64,000 bases of DNA, from NCBI RefSeq assembly GCF_018977255.1, contig NW_024704743.1, positions 57,598,001-57,662,000 of the forward strand, written 5' to 3'. The notes below the pieces were generated by a model. The model had not been told where the DNA came from. It saw nothing but the letters and a program-made list of their open reading frames with translations, and did not search any database. Of the stretch, positions 24,246 through 35,361 are shown piece by piece. Numbering within the stretch: the stretch's first letter is position 1; the number at the start of each line of letters is the position of its first letter. This DNA comes from Callorhinchus milii (lineage: Eukaryota). The translations under genes and the position numbers were made by a program.

Positions 24246-24977
24246 TCGCAGAGCTCTTGAGCCAAATATATATTAACTCTTATTTAGTCTTGTGTGATGA
24301 CCAGATGAAATGTTGAGTCCTATTGAAGTTAATTATCAAACTGCAGACCAGGTTTCCAATTGAAGAATAAGTAGTCTTTTATTTAAATCAAGATATTATA
24401 TATATATTTATATATATATTAACATTGAGAACCAATACATAAAACACTGGAAATACTGAAATGCTAAGAGATTGAATAGAACCCAATGTTAGGTGACGAG
24501 GTGAAGTTATGGAGAACTGCTGGAATATAACATGAGAAAGAAAGCTCACTGCTCCTCCTTCATCCATATTCTGCTATTGGTCAACATAATTGCTTTATAA
24601 TAGGCCTACTTCCCATTATTGTTAAGAGAAGCTGAGTCAAATGTTTATTGAAAGAACTGAGCAAACAGTATCTCATTGTTGTCATTTTGAAATACATTTC
24701 AGATCACAATTACTGATAACTGCTTTACTGCAGTTCGGTCAGCAGATCTCAAAGCAGCAAAGAAAAAGCCAACAAAAAATGGTTTGTAATTGTTACTGGT
24801 ACAGACTGGCACAGGATTACAGCACCACAATCACAGCACTCTACTGATACTACAGCTTAAATACAATAAGCACAGAACTCATTCTGGTTCACACTTGTGA
24901 TAGGTGCTTCAAACTGACGAGCAAAATGCATTTGATCAGACATTAATGAGAAAAATGTGCTTCATTTACCAATAAAA

Positions 24978-26095
24978 TACAAATTCATTTTAATATAGCA
25001 CCTTTCATGTCAGGAAGACCGCCCAAGGTGCTGCTCAGTCCAGAATTTGCATCTGAGCTGGGGGGGGAGGGGTAAGATGGTCGAAAACAAAGTCAAAGAG
25101 AAAGGTAATGCCTCGGACCTTGAAGGAGGTCAGATCAGGGAGAGTCGAAGGGATTCCAAGATGGAGTGGGGCAGTTAGGCTAAAACTCTGTTCGCCGACT
25201 GTGGGGCAGATAGGGTGAACTGGTGCCCACTGAGCAGAGAGAGAGGCTGGGTTGGTGGCGTTTGAGGAGGAAGCAGAGGTAGGGTGGGCCAAGACAATGG
25301 AGGGATTTCAAGTTTAGGACGAGAATCTTGAACTCAATCTGCTGGGGGACGGGGAGCTAATGAAGCGGGCAAGGTTTGGAGTGATAGGCTCACTGAGCCA
25401 ATTGCAGGAAAGAACATTAGTTTCTGAGTTCTGGATAGTCTGGAATTTGTGTCCAGGGAGCAGGAGTTTGGTTATCTACCCTGAATGTAACAAAAACATG
25501 GATAAGAGTCTCAATGGCCTGAGGGGAAAGGTAGTGTAGTGGAGGAGGGGGGAATGTTACAGAGGTTGGGTAAAACCGGGCATCAGAGCATGAATATGAG
25601 ATTTACAGTTGATAGTTGAACAAGGTATCGAAGTTCCGCACAGGCTCCGTGAGGTGGAGCATACATCCAAGTAACTTGATGATGTCAGCGCCTGAGGTGA
25701 GAAACCCAAACAGGCACCCATCCGTGCCTTGTCGACATTCAACTGGAGAAAGTCAGCTCTCATCCAGGACTTGATGTCTAACAGCAGTGGTCCTGGAACC
25801 GAGGGTAGAAGCAAAGAGTTGGGTGTCATCCACATATGTCTGTGGATGACAAATTGCTGAGCGAGATCATGTAGGTATTTAAAAGGAGAGGACCAAAGAC
25901 AGAGCCCTGAGGAACCTCGCACATAACAGTGCGAGGGCAGGAGGAGAAGCCGTTCAAAGAGACGTAGTGGAAATCTTGGGATAGTTAAGAGTGCAAACTG
26001 GAGAGGACAGAACCACGAAAGTGGAGGTGGAAGGAGAGGCATTAGAGTAGTATAGTGTTAACAGTGTGAAAGGCAGCAGAGATCAAGAAGAATGC
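24978..26095 (-). mobile_element. Diverged L2, 3' ~1.1 kb (part of RT to tail)
   Basis: Minus strand HMW/DDTQL, DIKSWMRADFLQLNVDK, IEFKIL; L2 tail at 24978-25035. Confidence 0.85.
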
Positions 26096-26867
26096 AATAG
26101 GAATGTATTAATGTATCAGTAAGCAACATTTTCAGCTGCAATTATTTACTGGCTGAGTCAAATGTGCTACAAATGGATGGGTTATTATTATTTACACAGC
26201 ACAGTTAGAGTTAATTTACACTGATTCCACTTTGAATTGATTTAAGCTGAGCAGAATAAGTTAGATTTTAGGGGCATAGGTTAGGTACCGAGCCCTCGTT
26301 CCAAGAGTGGTTTTAGGAATCAAATTGATTAGTGAGTTGGCCGCAGTATACAATTTTGTACTTTGCAATGTAGACAATTTTTTAAACTCTCTAAAATGAA
26401 GTTACAATACAATTGATATTCATATAGCACCTTTCACATCAGGAGGATGTCTCAAAGCACTTAAATATATCTAAGCTTCTTAATGATATTAAGAATGCAG
26501 TATTTATGTAATTAAATAATTATACAAGATTAAGAAGCTTTGACGAAGGTGCTCCAGCAATAATGTTGGGTTAGCAGAGATCCTTACCCTGTTTGGTTGT
26601 GTTTGTGTTGAATATGTACAGACCTCTTTTCAGCCCCTGGCAAGTGAAATCTTAGAGCAGAAAATATAAATCACATTTCCCACTTTGGATTGTTCTACTG
26701 CTGGAAGCCAATCTCTTTTCTACCATCATTATAATAAAGGTACACATATGGACAGAATGGGGCCAGTTCTTTCTTTGTCAGTAAACACACTGACCTTTGG
26801 CAGGGAGACTTTATTATGGGAGATTGGACCCACTAATATCTCGTTACTATGCATGAATTTAAAATAA

Positions 26868-28026
26868 GAAGCATACATGATGGACTAGTTAGGAAAATTG
26901 AAGCCCATGGGATAAACGGGACAGTGGCAGCATGGATACAAAATTGGTTGGGAGACAGAAAGCAGAGGGTCGTGGTGAAAGGATGTTTTTCTGACTGGAG
27001 GGAAGTGGTGTCCCCCAGGGGTCGATATTAGGTCCATTGCTCTTTTTGATATACTTAAATGACTTGAGCTTTGGTATAGAGAGCAAAATGTTAGTTTGCA
27101 GATGACACAAAACTTGGGAATGCAGTAAACAGTGAGGATAGTAGCAGACTGCAGGAGGACATAGACAGACTGGTGAAATGGGCAGACACATGGCAAATAA
27201 AGTTTAATGCAGAGAAGTGCGAGGTGATGCATTTTGGGAGGAAGAATGAGGAGAGGCAATATACAATAAATGGCATAGTTTTAAACAAGGTTCAGGAGCA
27301 GAGAGACCTGGGGGTTCACATACACAGGTCTTTGAAGGATAGGTTGATCAAGCTGTTTTTAAAATAAAGCATATGGGATCCTTGGCTTCATAAATAGAGG
27401 CATAGGATACAAAAGCAAGGAATTTCTGCTAAACATTTATAAGTCACTGGTAGGCCTCAGCTGGAGTATAGCATCCAATTCTGGGCACCACACTTTAGGA
27501 AGGATGTCAAGACCTTGGAGAGGGTGCAAATGAGATCTACCAGAATGGTACCAAAAATGAGGGACTTTAGTTAGGTGGAAAGACCAGAGAAGCTGGGATT
27601 GTTCTCCATAGAGCTTATTTAATAGAAGTGTTCAAAATTATAAGGGTTTTGATAGAGTAGAAAGGGAGAAACTGTTTCCACTGGCAGGTGGCTCGATAAC
27701 CAGGGAACATAAATTCAAGATCATTTGCAAAAGAATCGGAGGGGAGGTGAGGAGAAATGTTTTTACACAGAGAGTTGTTACGGTCTTTAATGTACTGCCT
27801 GAAAGAGTGGTGGAAACAGATTCAATAATAGCTTTCAAAAGAGAATTGGACAGGTATTTGGAGATGCCATCCTTCCGATGAGACGTTAAGGTTCTTAAAG
27901 GATAAAATTGCAAGGATATGGGGAAAGAGTGGGAGAGTGGCACTGATTGGGTAACTTTCCAGAGAGGCTGGCACAGGCATGATGGGCCAATGACATCCTG
28001 TGCTGTAATATTCTATGATTCTATGA
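26868..28026 (+). mobile_element. CR1 LINE 3' 1.15 kb, frameshifted ORF2
   Basis: KIEAHGINGTVAAWIQNWLGDRKQRVVV, FADDTKL, WADTWQIKFNAEKCEVMHFG, RDLGVHIH; (ATTCTATG)2 tail. Confidence 0.95.
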
Positions 28027-28347
28027 GACATGTTTACAATTGATGTAAAAATACTATCCTGGGATTCCATCTCCTTGGGCCTCTCATATTCAAACTAATG
28101 TTAACAAAAATATAGATGTGGTAAACAGAGGCAGGATGTTCAGTGATCATAGCAATAGACTAAAAATCTGTGCTGAGAGATATTCTGAGCATTGTATTCA
28201 ACTACAAATTTGCTTACCTGTGAAACATTTTGCATTATAGATGTTGTATCAAATGCAAAGATTGTTATTATTCCCTTCATTCACATAATTGTTTTGTGAA
28301 AAGAGTTAAAAAGACCAATTAATTGATAAGGTAGAAATGTTCTGTGT

Positions 28348-28760
28348 CAGTCTGGCTCAGTTGGTAGCACTCTTGCCTCTGAGTCAGACAGTTATGGGTT
28401 CAAGCTCCACACTGGCATTTTCACCCCACTTTGTGTAGGTTGACATTCCAGTGCAATGCTACATTATCGGAGATGTCGATGAAACGTTAACCCGAGGTCC
28501 TGTTTACGCTGGATCGGATGGTTTTGAAAGATCCCATGGCACTATTTCAAAAGAGAAGAGAGTTTCTCCCAGTGTCCTGGCCACCCAATCCCCTTCGTAA
28601 CATTGGTTACTCACTTCATAGTTGTTTGTGGGAGATGCTGTGTGCAAATTGACTGCTGTGTTTATCTACAAAATACACAGTCACTTCAGTTTACAGTATA
28701 TTCACTTTGAGAAGTCATCCCAATGTGAAGGGCCCTAAATCAAATGTAAGGGTTATAATT
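28348..28760 (+). mobile_element. Deu-SINE, near full length
   Basis: tctggctcagttggtagcactcttgcctctgagtcaga head; aaagatcccatggcactatttc Deu core. Confidence 0.9.
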
Positions 28761-29614
28761 GTTACAGTATTTTGAAGCCAGATCAAAAAGTGGCAAAAAT
28801 TTGTGAGATTAATGGAAGATTTTAAAATATCACAAGAGCAACGAGAGAAGAACATTTTAAAGAGTGTTCTGATTGAAAGTGTGGGTGCTTTAGCAGGTAT
28901 ATCACAGTAGAGGAGTTGGAGAAGGATGTCTGACACTGTAGAGGACAAGGGAGGATCTTGACTCCCAGCAGGTGTTCCCCAAGTCAGCATTATCTTGGAG
29001 GAGCAGCTCAAGAGTAGGCTGAGGGTCATCAGCAAGTGTGTGATTGAGATGTGCCGCTCAAGGCAGAAAAAGCTGCAAGGACACAGCAACCTATTAACTT
29101 CCAACAGTTGAGCAGTGGGGATCCTCACTGTGACAGACAATGTAGCGGTGAGGGCACCACTATCCTCAACTATTCAAGCATAGTATTGTCAGGCACTGCT
29201 TCTCCAAATAGCTCAGTAGCCATCTGCTGCAGACCTTCCTTTTAAACACCAGAGAAATGCAAGATACAGTACAATGAATATCAGTTTATTATGTTGGGCA
29301 GTGCTAGTATTGCGTTTAATTAATGTGTGTTCACTTCTGCATTTGTCCTTCTGCATGAGGGGTGCTGGCTGTTCTATGGTCTGACAATTCTGATCAGCTG
29401 ATAACCTGAGCAAATCGGCTGAAACAGATTGCATAAAGTCAATAATATAGCGTGAGCATTAGGAGCCTCAGTGAAAGGACAGAGAAACCAGCTGGCTTAA
29501 CAAAGCTCACTGGACCCACTTATCATGAATTTCCAGATGATGGGATCTAACCTGCAGGCATGTATTTCTTAATGGGATAAATTAATAGGAATCTCATTAG
29601 AATTCCCGATGACC

Positions 29615-30145
29615 CACAAATAATCTCTCCAAAACAAAAAAAAATTGGTCATTTTTAATCCACGACTGTTTGTGGGACACTGCTGTGCGCAATTGGCTGC
29701 CGCGTTTCGTCCACAAATATACGGTCAATTCACTTCACAGCATATTCTGTGAAACGCTTTGAGACATCTAGAAGACATGAAAAGCGTTATATCAAATGCA
29801 AGGATTATTATTATTATAAGAACTTTGCTGTAGAGGGAAACTGCACCAGAGTGGAATTTCTGAGGGTTAACATGATTTGTTTCCTGTTACGAGAAGAAGT
29901 CTTAATTTGCACGAGTTTCACATTTGCCCACAAACACAGTCACTGCAGTTTACAGTAAATGCTATGAAGTACTTCGGGACGTCTTCTCGATGTGAACTAT
30001 ACTAACTAAAATGAAAGGATTATTATTTTTATCACAGTATCTGAATATAAAGATCATAATAATCTTTACATTTGTTACAGGGCCTTTGACATTGAGGACA
30101 TCTCAAAGTGCCTCACAGGATAATAAAGTGGAGTCACTATATACC
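29615..30145. mobile_element. SINE 3' half (+, 29615-29817) and two further SINE tails (+ ~29910-30030; - ~30055-30145)
   Basis: gactgtttgtgggacactgctgtgcgcaattggctgccgcg...aaatgcaaggattattatt. Confidence 0.8.
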
Positions 30146-30479
30146 TTGTGATACGGTAAACTGTCGTGTTCCTTTCCTCCAACTTCCAACATCCCAGTAC
30201 CTGATAAACCTCACTATCCTTTCCTCACAGAGTGACTAGTTTAAGATAAAGACGATCACCTCTTATGGACAGTGGTGATTGACATACCTGTCAATTTAAA
30301 TCAGTTTCCTCACCATTAATTGCCATTATTTTCTTCTACTATATGGGCCTGGTTTGCTGTGAAAATGGACATTGCAGAGCATGACGCTATATTCTTGGTC
30401 AGTACACAAGTGCTCCTGAAAGTCTATTACTTCACTAGCTTTAAGTTAAAGAAAGCAGATTCAATAAGCACCTCCATAA

Positions 30480-31080
30480 ATGTCACGTTGCCTCTCCAAT
30501 TGCCATTCCATGTGTGTCTGATTCTGAATTTACTGCTCAGCCAGTGTCACTCTGAATTGTGTCACTTGGTGTCATTCTGCACAGCTGCGCTGGTGGACTG
30601 TTCAAAATTTATAGGGATCAAGTGGCTTGTTAGCTGCTTCAGAAGCACAAAATTCTCATTACCGTAGATGTGTTGCTAGCGGCTATTATTTCTTCGTTAA
30701 AGCTAACGAAATTGCAATGCTCTGCACTCAGGACTGTGCTCTGTGCTTTGATGAAGGAAGGGCTGCTGAAGGAAATATGCCACAAAACAGATTTTATTAC
30801 GAAGCTTAATGAACGGGTTCAAACTGCTATAGCAGACGACCGCTGATTAAGTATGAATTACTTTTTTCTCGCTAGTCAGGCTGTTTTTTTTTAAAAAAAG
30901 GAAAGAGCCATCCCCAAATGGATTGCCTCCCCTTTTTCACCTGACCTCCTCCCGGTTTGATGCTGTGAAGATAAATCACTGACTGCAACAACAGCAGGGA
31001 ACCCTATTAATGACAACCTTCATCTATCCCACCAGCTATCTGTGACACTGCGCCGGCTGAGAGCCTTTAAACAGCGAGTA
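30480..31080. promoter_or_regulatory. Candidate conserved non-coding element/enhancer
   Basis: No recognisable repeat, CpGs retained, four TGTCA (MEIS-type) sites, HOX/CDX-type TTTATAG and TTTTATTAC, TGATTAA, TAATGAC. Confidence 0.35.
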
Positions 31081-31144
31081 ATACTGAATTAAATCCTCTC
31101 CAGTTTTTAATTTATGCACAATTTGTGAAATGGTCTTTCACAAA

Positions 31145-31500
31145 TTTAGCCATCACCTCAAGGCTCGACTACAGAAATTCCCTCCTTGTCGGCCTCCCCA
31201 AATCTTCCCTCCACAAGCTGCAGATCATCCAGAACTCTGCAGCTCATGTCCTCACTGCACCAGCCTCTGTGACCCCATCACCCCGACCCTCGCCCGGCTC
31301 CACTGGCTCCCCATCCCTCAAAGAATAGAATTCAAAATCCTCGTCCTCACCTTCAAGGCCCTCCACGGCCTTGTTCCCCCCACCCCACATCTCTGACCTG
31401 CTAACCTCCTATTAACCTATCCGCTCCCTCCGCTCAGCAGGCTTCGGCCTGGTCCATGTCTCCCGCCCGACCCGCCCTATCTCTCCCCACCCCTCTCTGT
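31145..31500 (+). mobile_element. L2 3' coding fragment without tail
   Basis: [16 protein letters not shown]...LQIIQNSAA; [32 protein letters not shown]. Confidence 0.9.
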
Positions 31501-32569
31501 CCCCACCCCATCTCATAATTTCGATGAGATTAATACAAATGCTTCAATTTGCAGCCAATGGAGTTGTTGAGGAGCATTTGTGCACTCACCCCTCAGTTGT
31601 GTTTCTCTCTCAGAAAGTCCCATTGCGAAATAGATGCATGCAGTCAGAGAACCTTTTTTTCAGTGTCTTAGACTATTACTGAACAATATGGTACAATTGA
31701 CATTTATATAGCACCTTTCAGGTCGGATAGCCATCTCAAAAGGTTTGATTGGCTACTCTATATGGAAAACATTAAAAGCGTATTTTGATTCTTAGAAAAC
31801 ATTTCTAAGTATGCTTTTGCTCACTATCTTATTATTTTATTATTATTATCATTGACTCAGGTGTTAAGTTTCAACTTCCAGACATAAAGGGGTGAAGGAC
31901 AGCAGACAATCACCCTCTAGGTCAGTAAACATACCAACAATAGAAGAATAACTCTCAAGAAACCTTACACTAAGAAATATTCTATCTAAACAAGCCTGTA
32001 AGATTTGAACAGAATCTAAGAATCTGACAGCTGCTTGAACGTTTTCCAGCAGAGATCAACAAGATCTTGCCAGCGTTAAGTGAATATTGCTGGGTGCAGT
32101 GACAAAAATCATATGAATGCATGGGTGTGAATGTGTTATTACTTCTCCAGGTTGTAATGTTCACTTCACATTTTCACCATTTGTGGTACTGGAATGAAAT
32201 ATGTTCAAGGCAATACATCTAGCAGCATTGAGTTATCTATACACAAGTTACTTCACTAAGTTACTATACATGTATATGGGTAACTCAGTGCTCACCAGGA
32301 AAGCAGTAATGTGACTGGTGTCTTCCTTTATGCTTCTTTCTGGCTGGGGGAGAAGGAAGCATGTGGACTTTTGCCCTTGTATGTCAAAGAGCCTACCCAA
32401 TCCTACGGCTGTATATGAAGAGATGGACTATGCTTGCTGCTAAACCTACAAATCCAGCATATATGCACAACATAACTGCCTCAAGAAATCAAATCCTTTC
32501 CCAACATATTGAATGCACATAGCAAGACAGAAACTTGCCAAATAAAAAGGCTGCAAATACTGCTAGCTT

Positions 32570-32910
32570 TGAGTTCAAGATACTCCAATGCAGTGCTACA
32601 GTGAGTTATATCAACAAAGATGCTGACCATCAGATGTGACGCTAAACCAAGGTTCCATGTACCTGTTCAGGTGGATGTTAAAGATTCCATGACACTTTTC
32701 AAAAAGTCAATAGAGTTTCTCCTGATGTCCGGGTCAACAAGCCCTCAAATAAAATTGGTATTCACTACTGTTTCTGGGACATTGCTGTGTGCAAATTGGC
32801 TGCTACGTTGGCCCACAAAACAGGCACTGTACTTCAGAGTATATCCTGTGAAGCACTTTGAGATGCCTCTCAACTTGAAAGGTGCTATACCAAACATAAG
32901 AATTATTATA
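32570..32910 (+). mobile_element. 5'-truncated Deu-SINE
   Basis: ctgttcaggtggatgttaaagattccatgacact; gggacattgctgtgtgcaaattggctgct; tail. Confidence 0.85.
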
Positions 32911-32999
32911 AGTCTAGTAGAGTTTCTCAAGTTGGTATAGTCGTGAAAGAGAGATGCAAAGCATGAGATGAGGAACTGGAGCGGGGAGAAAACTGATCA

Positions 33000-33184
33000 T
33001 ATTTAATGCCGGAAGCTGTGGTCAAAGGGAAAAGGATCAATATAGTTGAGAGAAAACCTGATCCTGTTATAGGTGAGGGGAACAGGACGGGTGGGATCTC
33101 AAGTGGAGTATAAGTTGGCCTAGTCTTAGTTGGATCAAATAGCCTAATTCTATGCTGTGAGAATCAATCTATGAGATTCTATGT
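33000..33184 (+). mobile_element. Old CR1 3' end
   Basis: Ends tctatgctgtgagaatcaatctatgagattctatg. Confidence 0.55.
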
Positions 33185-34654
33185 AAATACTGTATTCACA
33201 AACAGGAACGTTTAAAATTGTATTTCCCCGTTGGACACATCCCCCTTTACCATGGTTTTTCCTTTGTTTCCGTACACTTAGAGCTAAGTTGAGTATATTG
33301 TCCTGTCCTCCTTGGATTTAATTAACAGAGTGGGTGAGCACTGTTTATCACGCTTGCTGATTCCTGTACCTGGGCAGCCACAAGCTGTAGATCAGTCACT
33401 GTGCTCAGGTGCCAGAGGATTTCTTTGGCCCAGTTATTTCAGTGTGCTCTGCCAATGGCCAGTATTATTTCCAAATGGATGAATTTACCATCACAGAACT
33501 TCACTTGACATCTCTGTTCCGTTTTCACTGCCAACCACAAATCTTTTGTTTCACTTGCTGCTCTACAACTGATTATTTTTTCCCCTTCAGGCACAGGAGG
33601 ACAAACTACAAGATATTCTGACATGACAGTCAAGTTACTGAGGTGTGCCATGTAACAGTGCATGTGCTCAGCCTTGCGGGCTCCAGCATTTGCCATTTGT
33701 GTGTAGTGGATTTCACTTCGTTGGCGGTGTGCCTTTCTCATTACGCACACTACAGTGCACTTATGCATTTCACTGTACACGGTGACATTCTTACATTGTT
33801 ACATTGCAGTGAAATTCAGACAATGTCAGAATATGAAGGGACCTACTTACCAGGACTTTCCTCCATTCCTTTAGACCTAGGCATCCCTCCATAGGAAGGG
33901 TAAACTGACCTCAGAGAATCCAGAAATCCAGAGAATCCAGGAAACATTCCTTCAGTCCGGGGTGGGGGGGGGTGCGGGGGTGCAAATGTGTTCTGCAAGT
34001 AGAATTGTTTGAGGTGTTCAAGAAGGCGATAGATACTTGTAAAGAAATGTAAAGGCATAAATGGATTTTAAGGAAAGGCAGGAAATGAAAATCAAAAACC
34101 AAAGAGTGGTAAATATATAGAAAGTAAAAGGGTGGATAAGATTAGATAGGCTGAAAGTATCATCCTTTGTTCGAAACACCTGTCTCCCCTGCACTTTCAA
34201 AAATCTCCCTCCAGAATAACTCCAGAATTGCTTCTGTAGAGAGAGGGATAGAATTATCATGTTGGTGGAACCACCCTGGCCTCAAAGTGAATGCTAGTTT
34301 AGACTTTAAACATAGGGATAGAGGAGAGATTAAAGAAGTTTCATGGGCCAAATGGAAAATTCGGACTGTTGCTGATTCCAGGGTGAAATTTTTGGTATTC
34401 CTTGTGCTCCTTAAATTAATGCTGTAATTAATTGTAGCCACGATTAGCAGTGTTTAGTGTGAGTTTAGCATTCCCAGATTTACACTGTCACTGTACTTTA
34501 CAGTAAATCTTGTGATGTGCTTTGAGATGTCATGACATGAAAGGCACAACATCAAATTCAGGGATGATTGTTATGCTGTAATACTCTTTCTGACCACTGG
34601 TAATAGTGCCCCTCCTCACCACCCCACCCCCCATCACCTTTTAATGGGTACTGG

Positions 34655-35361
34655 CTGGACCAATAGAAAAGTGCGGACTTATTTGCCCAAAAATGTGGGC
34701 AAATTTTTCGAATGTGCAGAGAATTGCGGAGGTGTTTTTGGCAAATTTTGCAGAAAATCGCCGGAAGTTGATTGGTGTTATTGAGGTACATTTCATTGCC
34801 AACCTATATTTTTTCATTTTATTGATAAAAATTAAACATGAGGAAATAACACACATTAGATTGTTGCAAAACAAAATTAATTGCTTCTTTGACAAACAGT
34901 GGGTGGCCTTTTTTTGTGGTTGGGGGGGTACACCAGTGAGGCTGCAAGAGCTCTCAGGACCCAGCACTGCACACAGACCCAGAGAGAGAGACACACACAC
35001 ATGCACATAGAGAGACACACATGCATATAGAGAGACACGCACACATGCATATAGAGAGACATGCGCACATGCATATAGAGAGATGCACATGCATATAGAG
35101 ACACACATGCATAGAGAGACACACATGCATATAGAGAGACACACGGGCATACAGAGAGACACACACACAGACAATCACAACAGCGGGGCCTCTGAGTGAA
35201 GCCCATTTGCCGCTTGCCACTGCACATGGTTTCTGAAGCCGCTCCTCCCACTGTGACGTCAGGTAAACAGCCTGGAAGGCCCACGGGCCAGAAACTACAT
35301 TTATGGCGGGTTTGTAGTGGATTCCGCGGGAAAAGTGCAGCTGCACAATTCTATGGACCAG
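34655..35361. mobile_element. Non-autonomous DNA transposon (MITE-like) with ~22-bp imperfect TIRs and an 8-bp TSD
   Basis: Left ctggaccaatagaaaagtgcgg versus right (reverse complement) ctggtccatagaattgtgcagc; flanks ggtactgg (34647-34654) and gttattgg (35362-35369). Confidence 0.7.
34981..35171. repeat. Compound (GA)n(CA)n-TGCATA minisatellite, ~20-22-nt units
   Basis: About eight units of gagagacacacatgcatata with variants. Confidence 0.95.

Noticed and set aside
24914-24945. CTGACGA followed by a small hairpin
   Set aside because: No GAAA box after the stem, so not a hammerhead
28715-29245. 141-aa ORF in purine-rich unique sequence
   Set aside because: It starts without ATG support, ends inside a SINE tail and has no recognisable domain
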